Under the pieces are notes generated by a model. That model was given only the letters and a program-made list of their open reading frames with translations, had not been told where the DNA came from and ran no database searches. A stretch of DNA of 64,000 nucleotides from a virus (taxonomy: Duplodnaviria > Caudoviricetes). The stretch lies in the IMG/VR virus record IMGVR_UViG_3300037067_026718, positions 1 to 64,000 of that record; one strand, 5' to 3'. Shown piece by piece: positions 23,691-32,939 of this stretch. A program made the translations under genes and the position numbers. Every line of letters begins with the position of its first letter. Within the stretch, counting starts at the first letter, position 1.

Positions 23691-24595
23691 TCTTCCATTC
23701 CGTCGGCTAGGTCCTTCAGGATCTGCCGTTCCTGCCGTTCTTGTTCAAGGGAGGCATCAAAGGCGTCGAGATCGATCATCCGCTGAATGCCGTGCTCAAC
23801 CAAAGAGTTGAGTACGTCTGGAGGCAAAGCGTCAACCTCCCAGCTTACCGGTCCAAACTCGGCGATGTAGGCCTCGGCCCTGGGATCGGTTACCTTGGCT
23901 GGGTTGGGCGGAGGAGAGTACTCCTCGATCTGGTCCATGGTCAGCGCCAGCCGCTCTATTTCAAACGTAGCTCTGCTCTCGTTGACCTCGGTTGATCCAC
24001 GGACGAATGTCTCGATCCGGGCGCTGATGTCTCGCACCATGTCCATCCCTGAAGGGTCGTGGTCTCCCAGGTAGAGGATCTTGACTGCCTGCCCTTGCTC
24101 CCACGGTTCTATGAACCGTTTGAAAGCATCGTGCATGGCCGTAGTACTCGAGTATCCCCTGTTCACCATCAGCCGGCAACCATAAGGCTCAACGGCTCGG
24201 CGCAGCACGGCGCTAAGGGCATCTTTTTCCACCCAGGTTTCAAGGTAGACGCTCTGATTCTCCATGCGATCACGGCGATACTGATTGGCACAGGCGTTGA
24301 TGATCTCTCTGGGACTCTCCCATGCTCCATGCCGGAAGGGTTCCCGGAGACGGTCTTCAATGGCTTCCCAATCCACCACTCCGGCCATGCGCCCCTTGGT
24401 GAGGATGGTTGACAGCTTCGAGTATTCAGCCTGCTGGTTAGGGATTACTTCCCTGACAACGAGCTGATAGAAAAGTTGCCTCAAAGATAGTTTATATCCT
24501 TGATTGTGATAATCATCGATGATGTCGTTAATGGCCATGAGAAGAGACTGGTTGGGACCACCGAGGCGAAGGTTGGGGACGTAAGCTATTTTCAC
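23687..24595 (-). CDS. TOPRIM-domain protein (Topo VI-A / DUF2399-like)
   Basis: LSLRQLFYQLV; ETWVEKDAL; ILYLGDHDPSGMDM; WEVDALPP. Confidence 0.8.
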   Translation of the reverse strand: MKIAYVPNLRLGGPNQSLLMAINDIIDDYHNQGYKLSLRQLFYQLVVREVIPNQQAEYSKLSTILTKGRMAGVVDWEAIEDRLREPFRHGAWESPREIINACANQYRRDRMENQSVYLETWVEKDALSAVLRRAVEPYGCRLMVNRGYSSTTAMHDAFKRFIEPWEQGQAVKILYLGDHDPSGMDMVRDISARIETFVRGSTEVNESRATFEIERLALTMDQIEEYSPPPNPAKVTDPRAEAYIAEFGPVSWEVDALPPDVLNSLVEHGIQRMIDLDAFDASLEQERQERQILKDLADGMEE

Positions 24596-24813
24596 GATGG
24601 CTCTCCTTCCACCGGCCTGAACTGAACGATAACCCCTCCGTCTCTGAGAGGGCACCATTCAGGTAGATGATAGAAGTCTCCGTTGTCGTCCAGCTTGGGG
24701 CATACGTTGACTCCGTTCAGTGCGCTGACTTCTGCTCCACATTCATTGAGGTCCGATCGTAAAGGGCAACTCGGATAGTCAGGGCCATCGCGGTCGGCGT
24801 AGATGGTTTTCAT
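24592..24813 (-). CDS. Cys-rich small protein
   Basis: CPL...PEWCPL. Confidence 0.55.
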   Translation of the reverse strand: MKTIYADRDGPDYPSCPLRSDLNECGAEVSALNGVNVCPKLDDNGDFYHLPEWCPLRDGGVIVQFRPVEGEPS

Positions 24814-25394
24814 ACCTTCACCGCCACCCAGTCATGGCGTTCAAAGCTCACCGACCGGCCGAGGGCAATCCCGGGGATCCCGCGCCGCATAAGCTGCTCG
24901 AGGGCATAGTGCAAATCCTGGTCCCATCCGCAGGCCTCTCCCTTGGATCCCGGGCAGGTAGCGACGCCCCAGCGCCCTGTCTCATTGACGGTCTTGATGA
25001 TGTACTGCTTGACGTCTTCCCGCTTGATGTCGACCAGCGAGACCAGATCTGCAGGCTTGCAGCCGTAGTAATCCAGGATCTCGTTGACCCTTGAGGACGG
25101 CATTTCGCTCTGCTCGCACTTGCAGATCGAACATCTGCTCTGGAAGGATGGGTGGATGAAGTGCTCCTTGCACTCACAATCCCAGAAACGGTCGTCGGTT
25201 ACGATTCGGTCTTCATGGCCTTGCATCTGAACAAACTCGAACTCTACGATTCCGTCGTAGTTATCGAATTCATCCGTCTCTTCGGCTTCACCCAAGGCCA
25301 AGGCCTTTGCCTCCTCGAAGCTCCCATGCTCGGTCTCGACCTCGATGTCGATGGAGACCGTTGTGACCCTGGCTACTGTCACGATGTGCTTCAT
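24810..25394 (-). CDS. hypothetical phage protein
   Basis: FWDCECKEHFIH...CSIC...PSSRVNE. Confidence 0.65.
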   Translation of the reverse strand: MKHIVTVARVTTVSIDIEVETEHGSFEEAKALALGEAEETDEFDNYDGIVEFEFVQMQGHEDRIVTDDRFWDCECKEHFIHPSFQSRCSICKCEQSEMPSSRVNEILDYYGCKPADLVSLVDIKREDVKQYIIKTVNETGRWGVATCPGSKGEACGWDQDLHYALEQLMRRGIPGIALGRSVSFERHDWVAVKV

Positions 25395-25624
25395 ATTCCT
25401 TCGTCCTCCTCATCTTCATCGTTGTCGAACTGCGAAGAAAGGTTGTCGTCTATCTGAAAGTCCATCGGCCAGCCTCGTCTCGTGGTTTCCTGGCTGGCTT
25501 CATCATAAGCCTCTTCTCTGGTGTCACCACGGACAGTGATGGCCCGTTGCTCATCACATCGATCGTCGGCGTCGTTGTAGAAAAAGATCCTCCAGCGAGG
25601 CTTCAGTTTGGTTTCGCCTGGCAT
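25391..25624 (-). CDS. acidic hypothetical protein
   Basis: Fits gene tiling. Confidence 0.55.
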   Translation of the reverse strand: MPGETKLKPRWRIFFYNDADDRCDEQRAITVRGDTREEAYDEASQETTRRGWPMDFQIDDNLSSQFDNDEDEEDEGI

Positions 25625-26310
25625 TCCAGCTCCTTAATCCTCTTCTTGAGGCGTTGAGTTTTCTGTTTCTCGAGAGCAAGGTGCTTTTTGACAGACCATA
25701 CTCTCAGAGTCAGCAAGCGTTCAAGCTGAGATCGTTCTTCATCAGTGATCTTACGGGCGCCTTTGATTTTTTTGGGGAAGCGGTGAACTCTGGCGCAGTA
25801 CCAAGGATCCCCAGAGAATGCAGCCCTAACTTCAGACTCTAGCATATAGCATGAAGAATAATGATATGTCATCATGAACAAACGGTAATATTCATCTCTG
25901 CTATAGCCGTTTTCAAAAGGCACTTGATGCCCATTGTTTTTCAGCCATGCCATATGGTTCTTGAGTTTTTTGAGCGCATGCTCATTTCTGTCCCATACAG
26001 TATAGATGCCGGCATGCTCGGGTATGTCCGGATGGTCCTGGAGTGCTTCTGGAACTGCAAACCAGAATTGATGTATGCGGGGATCTTGCCAACCGATCAC
26101 CCATTTCCGTTTGCCTTTGTCGGCTTTGATGTCCTGGGAAGTGACTTTGATCTCTATTTCGTGCATCCAGTTGCTTGGATACACGATAAGCAGGTCAGCC
26201 TCTTGCCCATGCAGCAGTCCCCAACTCACGTTGGGGACCACCAGGTTTTTGCGTATATGCAGAGCGGATACGACAGCCAGCTCTACATCGAGGGCGTTGA
26301 TCTTCATCAT
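25603..26310 (-). CDS. PD-(D/E)xK nuclease (MmcB-like)
   Basis: VPNVSWG...EADLL...EIEIKVTSQDIKAD..K...FWFAVP. Confidence 0.75.
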   Translation of the reverse strand: MMKINALDVELAVVSALHIRKNLVVPNVSWGLLHGQEADLLIVYPSNWMHEIEIKVTSQDIKADKGKRKWVIGWQDPRIHQFWFAVPEALQDHPDIPEHAGIYTVWDRNEHALKKLKNHMAWLKNNGHQVPFENGYSRDEYYRLFMMTYHYSSCYMLESEVRAAFSGDPWYCARVHRFPKKIKGARKITDEERSQLERLLTLRVWSVKKHLALEKQKTQRLKKRIKELECQAKPN

Positions 26311-26696
26311 TCCTGTACGCAGCTTCCGTCGTCGTTGTGGACGCTGAAGTCCTCGCCGCACTTGGGGCAGACGTTGTGTCGCACCAGGCATTTTTCCAGT
26401 TCCATGATGAGGTTGTTGTTGTTCGGATCCTGCTGGGATTTCAGCCCGTCAATGAGGGCAACAGTGTAAGCGATGATCTCTGTCTTCCTGGCTGTCTTTG
26501 GGATAGGCCGCCAGTGCTCGCAATTCCACTTGGTCATACCCAGGTCTACGATGATCCGCGCATGGCAGCCCTTATGGACACAGTCATCGGAACCGTTGTA
26601 AGATGGACTGTCGAGAACGCATTCGTCTGGAGCCTCCCCGGGCTCCAACTTGCGGTGACATCCAAACACGACTCCATCTCTTACGTTGTCAGTCAT
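26307..26696 (-). CDS. Cys-rich hypothetical protein
   Basis: FGCH...CVLD...CEHWRP; CPKCG...HNDDGSCV. Confidence 0.6.
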   Translation of the reverse strand: MTDNVRDGVVFGCHRKLEPGEAPDECVLDSPSYNGSDDCVHKGCHARIIVDLGMTKWNCEHWRPIPKTARKTEIIAYTVALIDGLKSQQDPNNNNLIMELEKCLVRHNVCPKCGEDFSVHNDDGSCVQE

Positions 26697-26846
26697 GGAT
26701 TTCCACCGGTATTCCTACCTCAAACTCGGCGTTCCCGCTGCCGAACTCATAGTTTCCAGCCTCGGCTTCGGCCTCCACTATGGCATCGGCTGGGTTTGCG
26801 GCTTCCACTATGAATTCAGTGCTGGCCCATTCGGTCCGTTCAACAT

Positions 26847-27266
26847 TCACTCGATACTTGGGCATGGTCCTCCATTCTGCTCCGTCAGAGCATCCAATGC
26901 TGCTTGGTGCATTACTTCCCTGGCTTCTCCTATAGACTCCTTAGTCTCAATGCTGTAGAAGGCTACTGGTAACCAGTGCGGCTTCTTGTAGCCGTTCTTC
27001 GGAACTTTCTTGGCTATCGGAAGCTTAATCATTGCGCCGTCGTGAACGTAGCACAGAACATGAGAGGGACGCATGGCTATCTTCTTCTCATCCAAGAGCT
27101 GTTTGAGCGCTTCCGCTCCTTCTTCCGACACCCTGGACCACAGAACGATATTCTGCTCAGGCATAGTCATTTCCATCTCGCCACAGAACCCGTCAATGTG
27201 TTTTTCGAGATCTGGAAACGTGACGTTCTGCCAGCCTCTGATGAAGTTGTATATTGCTTCTTTCAT
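26847..27266 (-). CDS. conserved mobile-element protein (SaPI pathogenicity-island-protein-like)
   Basis: VTFPDLE...NIVLWS...Y..DG...LPIAK...YKKPHWLPVAF. Confidence 0.65.
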   Translation of the reverse strand: MKEAIYNFIRGWQNVTFPDLEKHIDGFCGEMEMTMPEQNIVLWSRVSEEGAEALKQLLDEKKIAMRPSHVLCYVHDGAMIKLPIAKKVPKNGYKKPHWLPVAFYSIETKESIGEAREVMHQAALDALTEQNGGPCPSIE

Positions 27267-27309
27267 GACTCCTCCTTATGCCAGTTGATCATTAAGCGTT
27301 TATGTGGGT

Positions 27310-27648
27310 TCAGATGCGATTCCAAGCATCTTGCTTTGCTCTTTCGGACTCCCATCCTGCCCAGAAGAACTTGAGCACCATGAGCGTCTCGTTGAACTCG
27401 TGCTCTATCTTCAGCCCTATTATTGACCGCGCCTTGTTCTCGACGGCTATGGCCAGCTCATGCATCATTTTTGCGTCGAGAATCCTCCAGCTAAATCCCT
27501 GGGAAGCACGGTCGTACATGATCATGAACTGAGTGACCTCTTCAGAAGAGACTCCAGTGGGTTGGTTTACTTCTGGAATCAGACCATTGTGGTCCTCGTT
27601 GACTACCACTCTCAGGACTTCGGTGTCGAAAGAATGCTCTATGCTCAT
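27310..27648 (-). CDS. hypothetical protein
   Basis: AAGGAG SD. Confidence 0.55.
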   Translation of the reverse strand: MSIEHSFDTEVLRVVVNEDHNGLIPEVNQPTGVSSEEVTQFMIMYDRASQGFSWRILDAKMMHELAIAVENKARSIIGLKIEHEFNETLMVLKFFWAGWESERAKQDAWNRI

Positions 27649-27658
27649 TCCGATCTCC

Positions 27659-29116
27659 TTACGCCAATTGATCCATCATGGACCCACAAAGCGCTTCGGC
27701 TGGTTCAACCGCTACAGCGTTGCCTATCTGCTTGACCTGTTCGGTCTTATTGCCTTCGAACTCGTACTCTTCGAAGCCCATGGCGGCGGCAAGCTCATGA
27801 GGCTGCAGCATCCTGAAAAGGATGTCTACTCCCATGGGCTGAACAAGAGCAAACCGGTCTCTGGCAGTAATGGTATCCAAGGGCTGTGTGACAGAGTAGG
27901 AACCTTCCCCGGACTTTCCGTAGTACTTGGTCAGGAAAGGCTGACAGAGGGCTATAGCACCCGCCGTTGACACCGTAGGGAGAGGATTGTCCACTGATCG
28001 CGGAACAGCCCCGGACTGCTGGCCTATGACGAATGGTTCACACAGAGCAAATTCTCCACGATGTCCAGCCGGTATAGTCCCGAGAGGAACATCGCAGCTA
28101 CTCACCCGGTCTCCTCCTTCGTGCGCGACGTTCAGCACAAATGGCTGGCACAGCCCGAACCGGTTCTCACAGCCCTGCGTACGCAGCGGCTCGTCCACCG
28201 GATGCACTCGCATGGCCTTCTGATCGGACCCGCCCTGGTACTGCACAAGGAATGGCTGGCACAGAGCTGCATGGATACCGCCGGCACTGATCGTCTTCAA
28301 CGGGTCATCCAGCGACGCTGCCCAGCCTCCTGCCTGATCGTCTGCCGTACCACGAAGGCATGCGATGAACGCTTCGCCTCCGAACTTCCTCAACCCGGTC
28401 TCAATGCGATCCAGCGTCTTGGGTTTCAAGGGAATTTTCCTGTTGAAGATGCTTTTCCCCTTCAGATCCCAATCGATAATCGATCGAGCTGACTTCCATT
28501 GCTCCAACCCGTCTTGCCCTGAAGGGTCATGCGTGGGGACAGGCCATGAGATTTTCCCGATCTTGCTGGCTCTTACGAACAGCCGGCGGCGGGACGTGGC
28601 CGATCCGAAGTCGGCAGCATTGATGATCTTCCACTCCACGGTGTATCCCATGCTCTCGAGGGCAGCAATCCATGCCATGAAGGTAGCACCCTTTTTGGTT
28701 TTGTCCGGCCTGCCTTCAGCATTCAGCGGTCCCCAGTGTTGGAACTCTTTGACGTTTTCCACCAGGACTTCGGATACATTGAGCCTTTCGCACCAATGAA
28801 GCACATGCCATGCGCTGGCCCTGCTTTGATCGTTGCAGGGCTTGGCCCCCCTTGCTGTGCTGAAATGAGTGCATTCCGGAGAGGCCACCAGAATGTCCAG
28901 CTTGCCCCCCGGAACCAGTTTGTTGGGGTCGGCGCCGGTGCTGGCAAGGTCGGCACAGACATGGGTAGCCCAAGGGTGATTCCGGGCATGCGTCTTCACC
29001 GCGGTAGGCCAGTGGTTGATTGCCACCAGGTCAAGGGGAAGGCCACGTTTTATCGCGGCCTTCACCATCCCGGTACTTGTCCCACCGGCGCCGCAGAACA
29101 GGTCGGCGGCGTTCAT
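27659..29116 (-). CDS. C5-cytosine DNA methyltransferase with five repeated TRD-region segments
   Basis: DLFCGAGG, ASPECTHFS, VENVKEF, RRRLF, QIGNAV. Confidence 0.93.
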   Translation of the reverse strand: MNAADLFCGAGGTSTGMVKAAIKRGLPLDLVAINHWPTAVKTHARNHPWATHVCADLASTGADPNKLVPGGKLDILVASPECTHFSTARGAKPCNDQSRASAWHVLHWCERLNVSEVLVENVKEFQHWGPLNAEGRPDKTKKGATFMAWIAALESMGYTVEWKIINAADFGSATSRRRLFVRASKIGKISWPVPTHDPSGQDGLEQWKSARSIIDWDLKGKSIFNRKIPLKPKTLDRIETGLRKFGGEAFIACLRGTADDQAGGWAASLDDPLKTISAGGIHAALCQPFLVQYQGGSDQKAMRVHPVDEPLRTQGCENRFGLCQPFVLNVAHEGGDRVSSCDVPLGTIPAGHRGEFALCEPFVIGQQSGAVPRSVDNPLPTVSTAGAIALCQPFLTKYYGKSGEGSYSVTQPLDTITARDRFALVQPMGVDILFRMLQPHELAAAMGFEEYEFEGNKTEQVKQIGNAVAVEPAEALCGSMMDQLA

Positions 29117-29124
29117 GCTTCTCC

Positions 29125-29391
29125 TTACGTGGAATGAGTCAGAAAGACCTGGTAGCCGTCTCCGCTGTCCCAGTTGTTGTCTTCCAAGGCTATATCGATC
29201 TCGATGCCTTTGGCTCCGTGTTCACGGAGTATCATGGCAAAGAGTTTTCGGGCTTCCTCCTTGCCTTCCGGGTTGTTATGGAATGCGACTACCTGTTGAA
29301 TGGTATGTCCTTCGTACTCAATCACGTTGACGGTGTTGAGCTTCACGACACATACCCCAGTTTCTTCAGGGCGAAGTAGATGACCCGGCAT
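29125..29391 (-). CDS. hypothetical protein (start likely about 29346)
   Basis: Fits gene tiling. Confidence 0.5.
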   Translation of the reverse strand: MPGHLLRPEETGVCVVKLNTVNVIEYEGHTIQQVVAFHNNPEGKEEARKLFAMILREHGAKGIEIDIALEDNNWDSGDGYQVFLTHST

Positions 29392-29933
29392 GCCCGTACA
29401 TCGTTGACGGCGTTGTGGGCACCTTCCAGTACTTCCCCGGTGAGGGCGAGGTAGGCTTCCTCGAGCGTCGGCAGCTTGCCAATGTTTACGGCTTTCCTAC
29501 TGCCATAGCACGTGCAGAATCCATCCCCTTCCTTCCAGAGGTCGGACGGCTTGAGCATATCGGTTTCAGGCGCCAAGGGGTCAAAGAAGCGTTTCAGGGC
29601 GATACGGACAATCCGGTCATCGAAGGTCCTGTTGTGGGCGACACGCAGTCCTGCCTGTTTTCTGAGGCCCAGGAGGGAGCTTACAGCCTCTTTCTCCGGA
29701 ATGCCGTGCTGCAAGGCGTATTCATGGGAGATGCCGTGGATTGCCGTCATTTCCTCAGAGATAGTCCAGCCGTCAGGCTTGATTACGACATTGACGGCAT
29801 CGAGTACATCCTGGCTGTCCAGGTCGACAAGCTCTGCTCCGATTTGTACAATGTGGGGCTGGATGGGATCATCGGATGGTATCTTCCATTCCGGAAGACC
29901 AGATGTTTCAGTATCAAAGAACAGTCCGTACAT
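29343..29933 (-). CDS. DEDDh 3'-5' exonuclease (DnaQ-like)
   Basis: FFDTETSG, VAHNRTFD, AHNAVNDV. Confidence 0.88.
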   Translation of the reverse strand: MYGLFFDTETSGLPEWKIPSDDPIQPHIVQIGAELVDLDSQDVLDAVNVVIKPDGWTISEEMTAIHGISHEYALQHGIPEKEAVSSLLGLRKQAGLRVAHNRTFDDRIVRIALKRFFDPLAPETDMLKPSDLWKEGDGFCTCYGSRKAVNIGKLPTLEEAYLALTGEVLEGAHNAVNDVRACRVIYFALKKLGYVS

Positions 29934-29956
29934 TTCTACTCTTTCGTTGCGGGGGA

Positions 29957-30011
29957 ACCCCCGGATGTCTCCGTTAGAGGAAGGCGTCCTTCGGAGACAT
30001 TGCCCGGGGGC
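29957..30011 (-). ncRNA. structured RNA motif B, copy 2
   Basis: GCCCCCGGGCAATGTCTCCG...CGGAGACATCCGGGGGT. Confidence 0.55.
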
Positions 30012-30017
30012 CAAGTG

Positions 30018-30713
30018 TCAGTCGTCACTGTTTTCTTCGTCTTCTTCAGGATCGCTGTCTTCTTCGTCTTCTTCCGAGTCGCCGACGATATTGTGATAGT
30101 CTTTGCCAGCGCATGTTTCGCTGCAGAACCGTTCACCATCAGAAAACGCATGGGAGAAGGTTTCTTCTTCAAGGAGATCTCCGCAGACCGGACAGCAAGG
30201 TCGGCCTTCGTCGAACTTTTTGGCTTTCTCCCTGAGATCGGCATAAACTTCTTCATCGGCCGGCCGGCTTTCGAAAGGGATGGTCATACCACCTGTGCAG
30301 CCCAGGGCGATGAGAATAGGATCCGAGGTATCCCATTTCCATGTTTCGGCAATGGAGATCGCTGTTTCCACTGCTTCCACAAGACTTGTGAATTCACCGA
30401 ACTCGCCGGGATATCTTGCCACCAAGGCATTAGGATTGCAGTAATCTCTTCCGCCCTGAGCGATCTCAACAATGTTTCCCCCATCAGGCCAGTAGCACTG
30501 CCTGGTGACTACAAACTTGTTGGGATTCATCTGGACGACTTGGTAAGGGTCGTCAGCCTGGGATGGTATACCAGGCTGTTCGTCTTCTTCGATGGACTTA
30601 AAGAATGGGCATTGGTTGGGAGATTCAGAGTATTCGCAGCTTTCTTCGCACTCCGTTCCGAAGGAAACGCAGCCACGGCATTCGGCGTGGAAGTATAAAC
30701 CTCGCTCATCCAA
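30018..30713 (-). CDS. acidic Cys-rich hypothetical protein
   Basis: CPVCG...FCSETCA; acidic tail. Confidence 0.65.
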   Translation of the reverse strand: MDERGLYFHAECRGCVSFGTECEESCEYSESPNQCPFFKSIEEDEQPGIPSQADDPYQVVQMNPNKFVVTRQCYWPDGGNIVEIAQGGRDYCNPNALVARYPGEFGEFTSLVEAVETAISIAETWKWDTSDPILIALGCTGGMTIPFESRPADEEVYADLREKAKKFDEGRPCCPVCGDLLEEETFSHAFSDGERFCSETCAGKDYHNIVGDSEEDEEDSDPEEDEENSDD

Positions 30714-30906
30714 AATCTATCCCCTTGAAGTTGTAGTTCCCACTCTTAACCGCTTCGTGCTCGGCACGCCTTGCTTCTTCGTAGCCAGGCTGTTTCGTCT
30801 CCTTCTTCTTGCAGTCCATACAGATCAGATCTTCGTTGAACATGGACATTATGTAAGATCGGCCTTCCTTGCCGCACCGCTGGCAGGTTCCAGTCCAGTC
30901 CCTCAT
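30706..30906 (-). CDS. small Zn-finger phage protein
   Basis: CQRC...MSMFNEDLICMDC...GNYNFKGI. Confidence 0.7.
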   Translation of the reverse strand: MRDWTGTCQRCGKEGRSYIMSMFNEDLICMDCKKKETKQPGYEEARRAEHEAVKSGNYNFKGIDFG

Positions 30907-31232
30907 GTCTTTTCTACCCCCTCTATCTCAGGTAGTTCTGGAAGCATGGCCTTGAGGAAGTGGGCGTCCTCGACTTCGTATTTCTCAATGGACTGTCCGT
31001 CCGCGACGTACATTAGGCCACCCGAAATATTCCAGACCGTCATGAACATCAGTTCCGGCTTGCACTTGTAGCCGCAGCTTACCCGCCCATACCGGAACCC
31101 ATAGAACAAGTAGTGGCCTGGCTCCGTGGGAAACTCGGTGCTCCATTGCTCTTTTTCGCTCAAGCCTTTTCTCCTTTCAGCTCTCGCACTTGTTCTTTGG
31201 GGACCACGAAGACTCCCAGCTTGGGTTTCCAA
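30903..31232 (-). CDS. hypothetical protein (start likely about 31163)
   Basis: WSTEFPTEPGHYLFYG. Confidence 0.5.
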   Translation of the reverse strand: METQAGSLRGPQRTSARAERRKGLSEKEQWSTEFPTEPGHYLFYGFRYGRVSCGYKCKPELMFMTVWNISGGLMYVADGQSIEKYEVEDAHFLKAMLPELPEIEGVEKT

Positions 31233-31417
31233 AATCCAGCCTTGGGGAAGTCGACAAGAAGATGAGTGGCCCCCGTGGCAGGCCTGATGAGATTGCCAGG
31301 GCTCACCGGCTCTCCGGCATGCACTACATTCACCTCGCCTATCGCCCAGATATCCGCTACGAACATTCCGTCGTGGCCGCAGAACTGAACGTACGCTCCC
31401 ATTGCTGGCTCACTCAT
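31160..31417 (-). CDS. hypothetical protein
   Basis: Fits gene tiling. Confidence 0.55.
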   Translation of the reverse strand: MSEPAMGAYVQFCGHDGMFVADIWAIGEVNVVHAGEPVSPGNLIRPATGATHLLVDFPKAGFWKPKLGVFVVPKEQVRELKGEKA

Positions 31418-31767
31418 ATACCCTCGCCTTCGTCAACCCCCGGGGGTGTACCTACCCAATCCGGACCCTTGATACACCACATGTGTACTTCGCCTTTGTG
31501 GGATCCAAGGCATAGAATGAACGTGTGGCCTTGTTCGCACCACATAGGGATTGCCAAGACATCCCCACGTACCATAGGAGAGGCTGTGTATCCATCGTTA
31601 CCGTTCAACTTCTGTGGATCTGCGTAGATGTGGACGTAGCATTCATGACACACAGGGCACTCTATGCTTTGAGTACCATCAAAAATGGTATCAGTCGAAA
31701 AAGTGACTATCCTGGGGTCACTCTGGCCGACGTCGTTCACGATAGCCGCTATGTCTTCTTTGTTCAT
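31414..31767 (-). CDS. Zn-binding hypothetical protein
   Basis: CPVC...YVH...RG...IPMWCE.GH...HKG. Confidence 0.6.
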   Translation of the reverse strand: MNKEDIAAIVNDVGQSDPRIVTFSTDTIFDGTQSIECPVCHECYVHIYADPQKLNGNDGYTASPMVRGDVLAIPMWCEQGHTFILCLGSHKGEVHMWCIKGPDWVGTPPGVDEGEGI

Positions 31768-32006
31768 ATCCCCTCCACCTCCTGGTCGTCCGTTTCGGGC
31801 CAACCGAAGGCTCTGAGCCCGGGCCTGGCCAGTACTCTCAGTTGGAGTTTATGCATGTCGTGACATGTTTCCTCTCGCTCCATGGGATGTAGTTTGGGGA
31901 GGGAGAGCAACTTGTTTGCCGCATCGGTCAAGGCATCCATTGCCGCTATCTCGTCTTCGGTGAAGCCGAGTGCCAGCAACGCCAAGTGTGTCTTTTCTGG
32001 TTTCAT
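31764..32006 (-). CDS. hypothetical protein
   Basis: LPKLHPME...HKLQ..VLARP. Confidence 0.6.
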   Translation of the reverse strand: MKPEKTHLALLALGFTEDEIAAMDALTDAANKLLSLPKLHPMEREETCHDMHKLQLRVLARPGLRAFGWPETDDQEVEGI

Positions 32007-32269
32007 ATCCCCGTCACCTCCTCGGCCTCATCCAGTAGCGCCCTGGCGTCTTCGATGAGGTTTTTGGTGTGGAGATCGTCGTACTCCTCGGGAAGGGCTT
32101 CGAGGAAACTTCGGAATCCCTCCTTCAGCTTCTTGAAGTAGGTGGAGTAGTGAATGGAAAGAATGGCGGCAAGGAAGGTTTTTCTGGCCTCCCTCTCTAC
32201 TGATGGCCCCTCGAGGATCGAATCACGGTATAGGTTCGAGAATTCAGCCTTCACGTCTGCGAGCTTCAT
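32003..32269 (-). CDS. hypothetical protein
   Basis: ATGA overlaps. Confidence 0.55.
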   Translation of the reverse strand: MKLADVKAEFSNLYRDSILEGPSVEREARKTFLAAILSIHYSTYFKKLKEGFRSFLEALPEEYDDLHTKNLIEDARALLDEAEEVTGI

Positions 32270-32592
32270 GGCCGTTCTCCATCCATGATCTGCTTCAGGG
32301 TGTACTCCCCGATCGGGAAGCTGCGATCTCTTTCGATTTTCAGCCCCATTGGGCCTTCGATGGACTGCAGCTCATCTATATTGAAGGGGCCTGCTTCATC
32401 GTTGTTATCGCCGAATAGCGATACGAAGCCGTTGAAGTTTCCAGAAACAGGTGTGAACTCACATGCATACCAAGTGGCAGAGCCCCAGGGGCAGAAGAAC
32501 TTGGCGATGACCTTTACGTCCTCGGGCTTCTTCTCGGATGTGTCACCTTGCTCAACGAAGGCGTCGAGGATCTCTTTCGTGAGTAGTTTCAT
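32266..32592 (-). CDS. DUF2958-family protein
   Basis: KFFCPWGSATWYACE...E.G.F...EL.SI.GP.GL.IERD. Confidence 0.8.
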   Translation of the reverse strand: MKLLTKEILDAFVEQGDTSEKKPEDVKVIAKFFCPWGSATWYACEFTPVSGNFNGFVSLFGDNNDEAGPFNIDELQSIEGPMGLKIERDRSFPIGEYTLKQIMDGERP

Positions 32593-32876
32593 GCTTTCTC
32601 CGCTTCTGCCATCTTATTGGCCGTTTCAAGAATGAATTCATGCCATGCTTTATCGTCCCAGATACCGTGTTGGTCAACACAAAAACTCTGGGGGCTTGCC
32701 TTCCAGAACTCCTTCTTCATTTCCGACATCCAGAGAATGAACCCGGTCATGCATCCGCCTGGATAAGCTTCTGCGTCGTGCTTCATCATTTCTTCCGGCG
32801 TTCTGCCGTGAGCTTTTGCGTACGCGACGTACTTGGGATTGAAACCGGGGTGTTCGTCGATGATGATTGCATCCAC
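32589..32876 (-). CDS. conserved small phage protein
   Basis: FNPKYVAYAKAHGRTPEEM...PGGCMTGFILW. Confidence 0.65.
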   Translation of the reverse strand: MDAIIIDEHPGFNPKYVAYAKAHGRTPEEMMKHDAEAYPGGCMTGFILWMSEMKKEFWKASPQSFCVDQHGIWDDKAWHEFILETANKMAEAEKA

Positions 32877-32898
32877 CGCTTTTCTCCCTGTTTAATAC

Positions 32899-32922
32899 GA
32901 GAAAGGGGCCTGGGTAGGCCCC
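32899..32922 (-). terminator. intrinsic terminator
   Basis: GGGGCCT/AGGCCCC followed by TTTCTC. Confidence 0.6.
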
Positions 32923-32939
32923 CTATCTCTGTGACAGAA

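Noticed and set aside
29957-30011. c-di-GMP-I or fluoride riboswitch (GGGCAA..GGACGC / GGCAATG)
   Set aside because: The required helices, GNRA loop/receptor and pseudoknot partners are not present.
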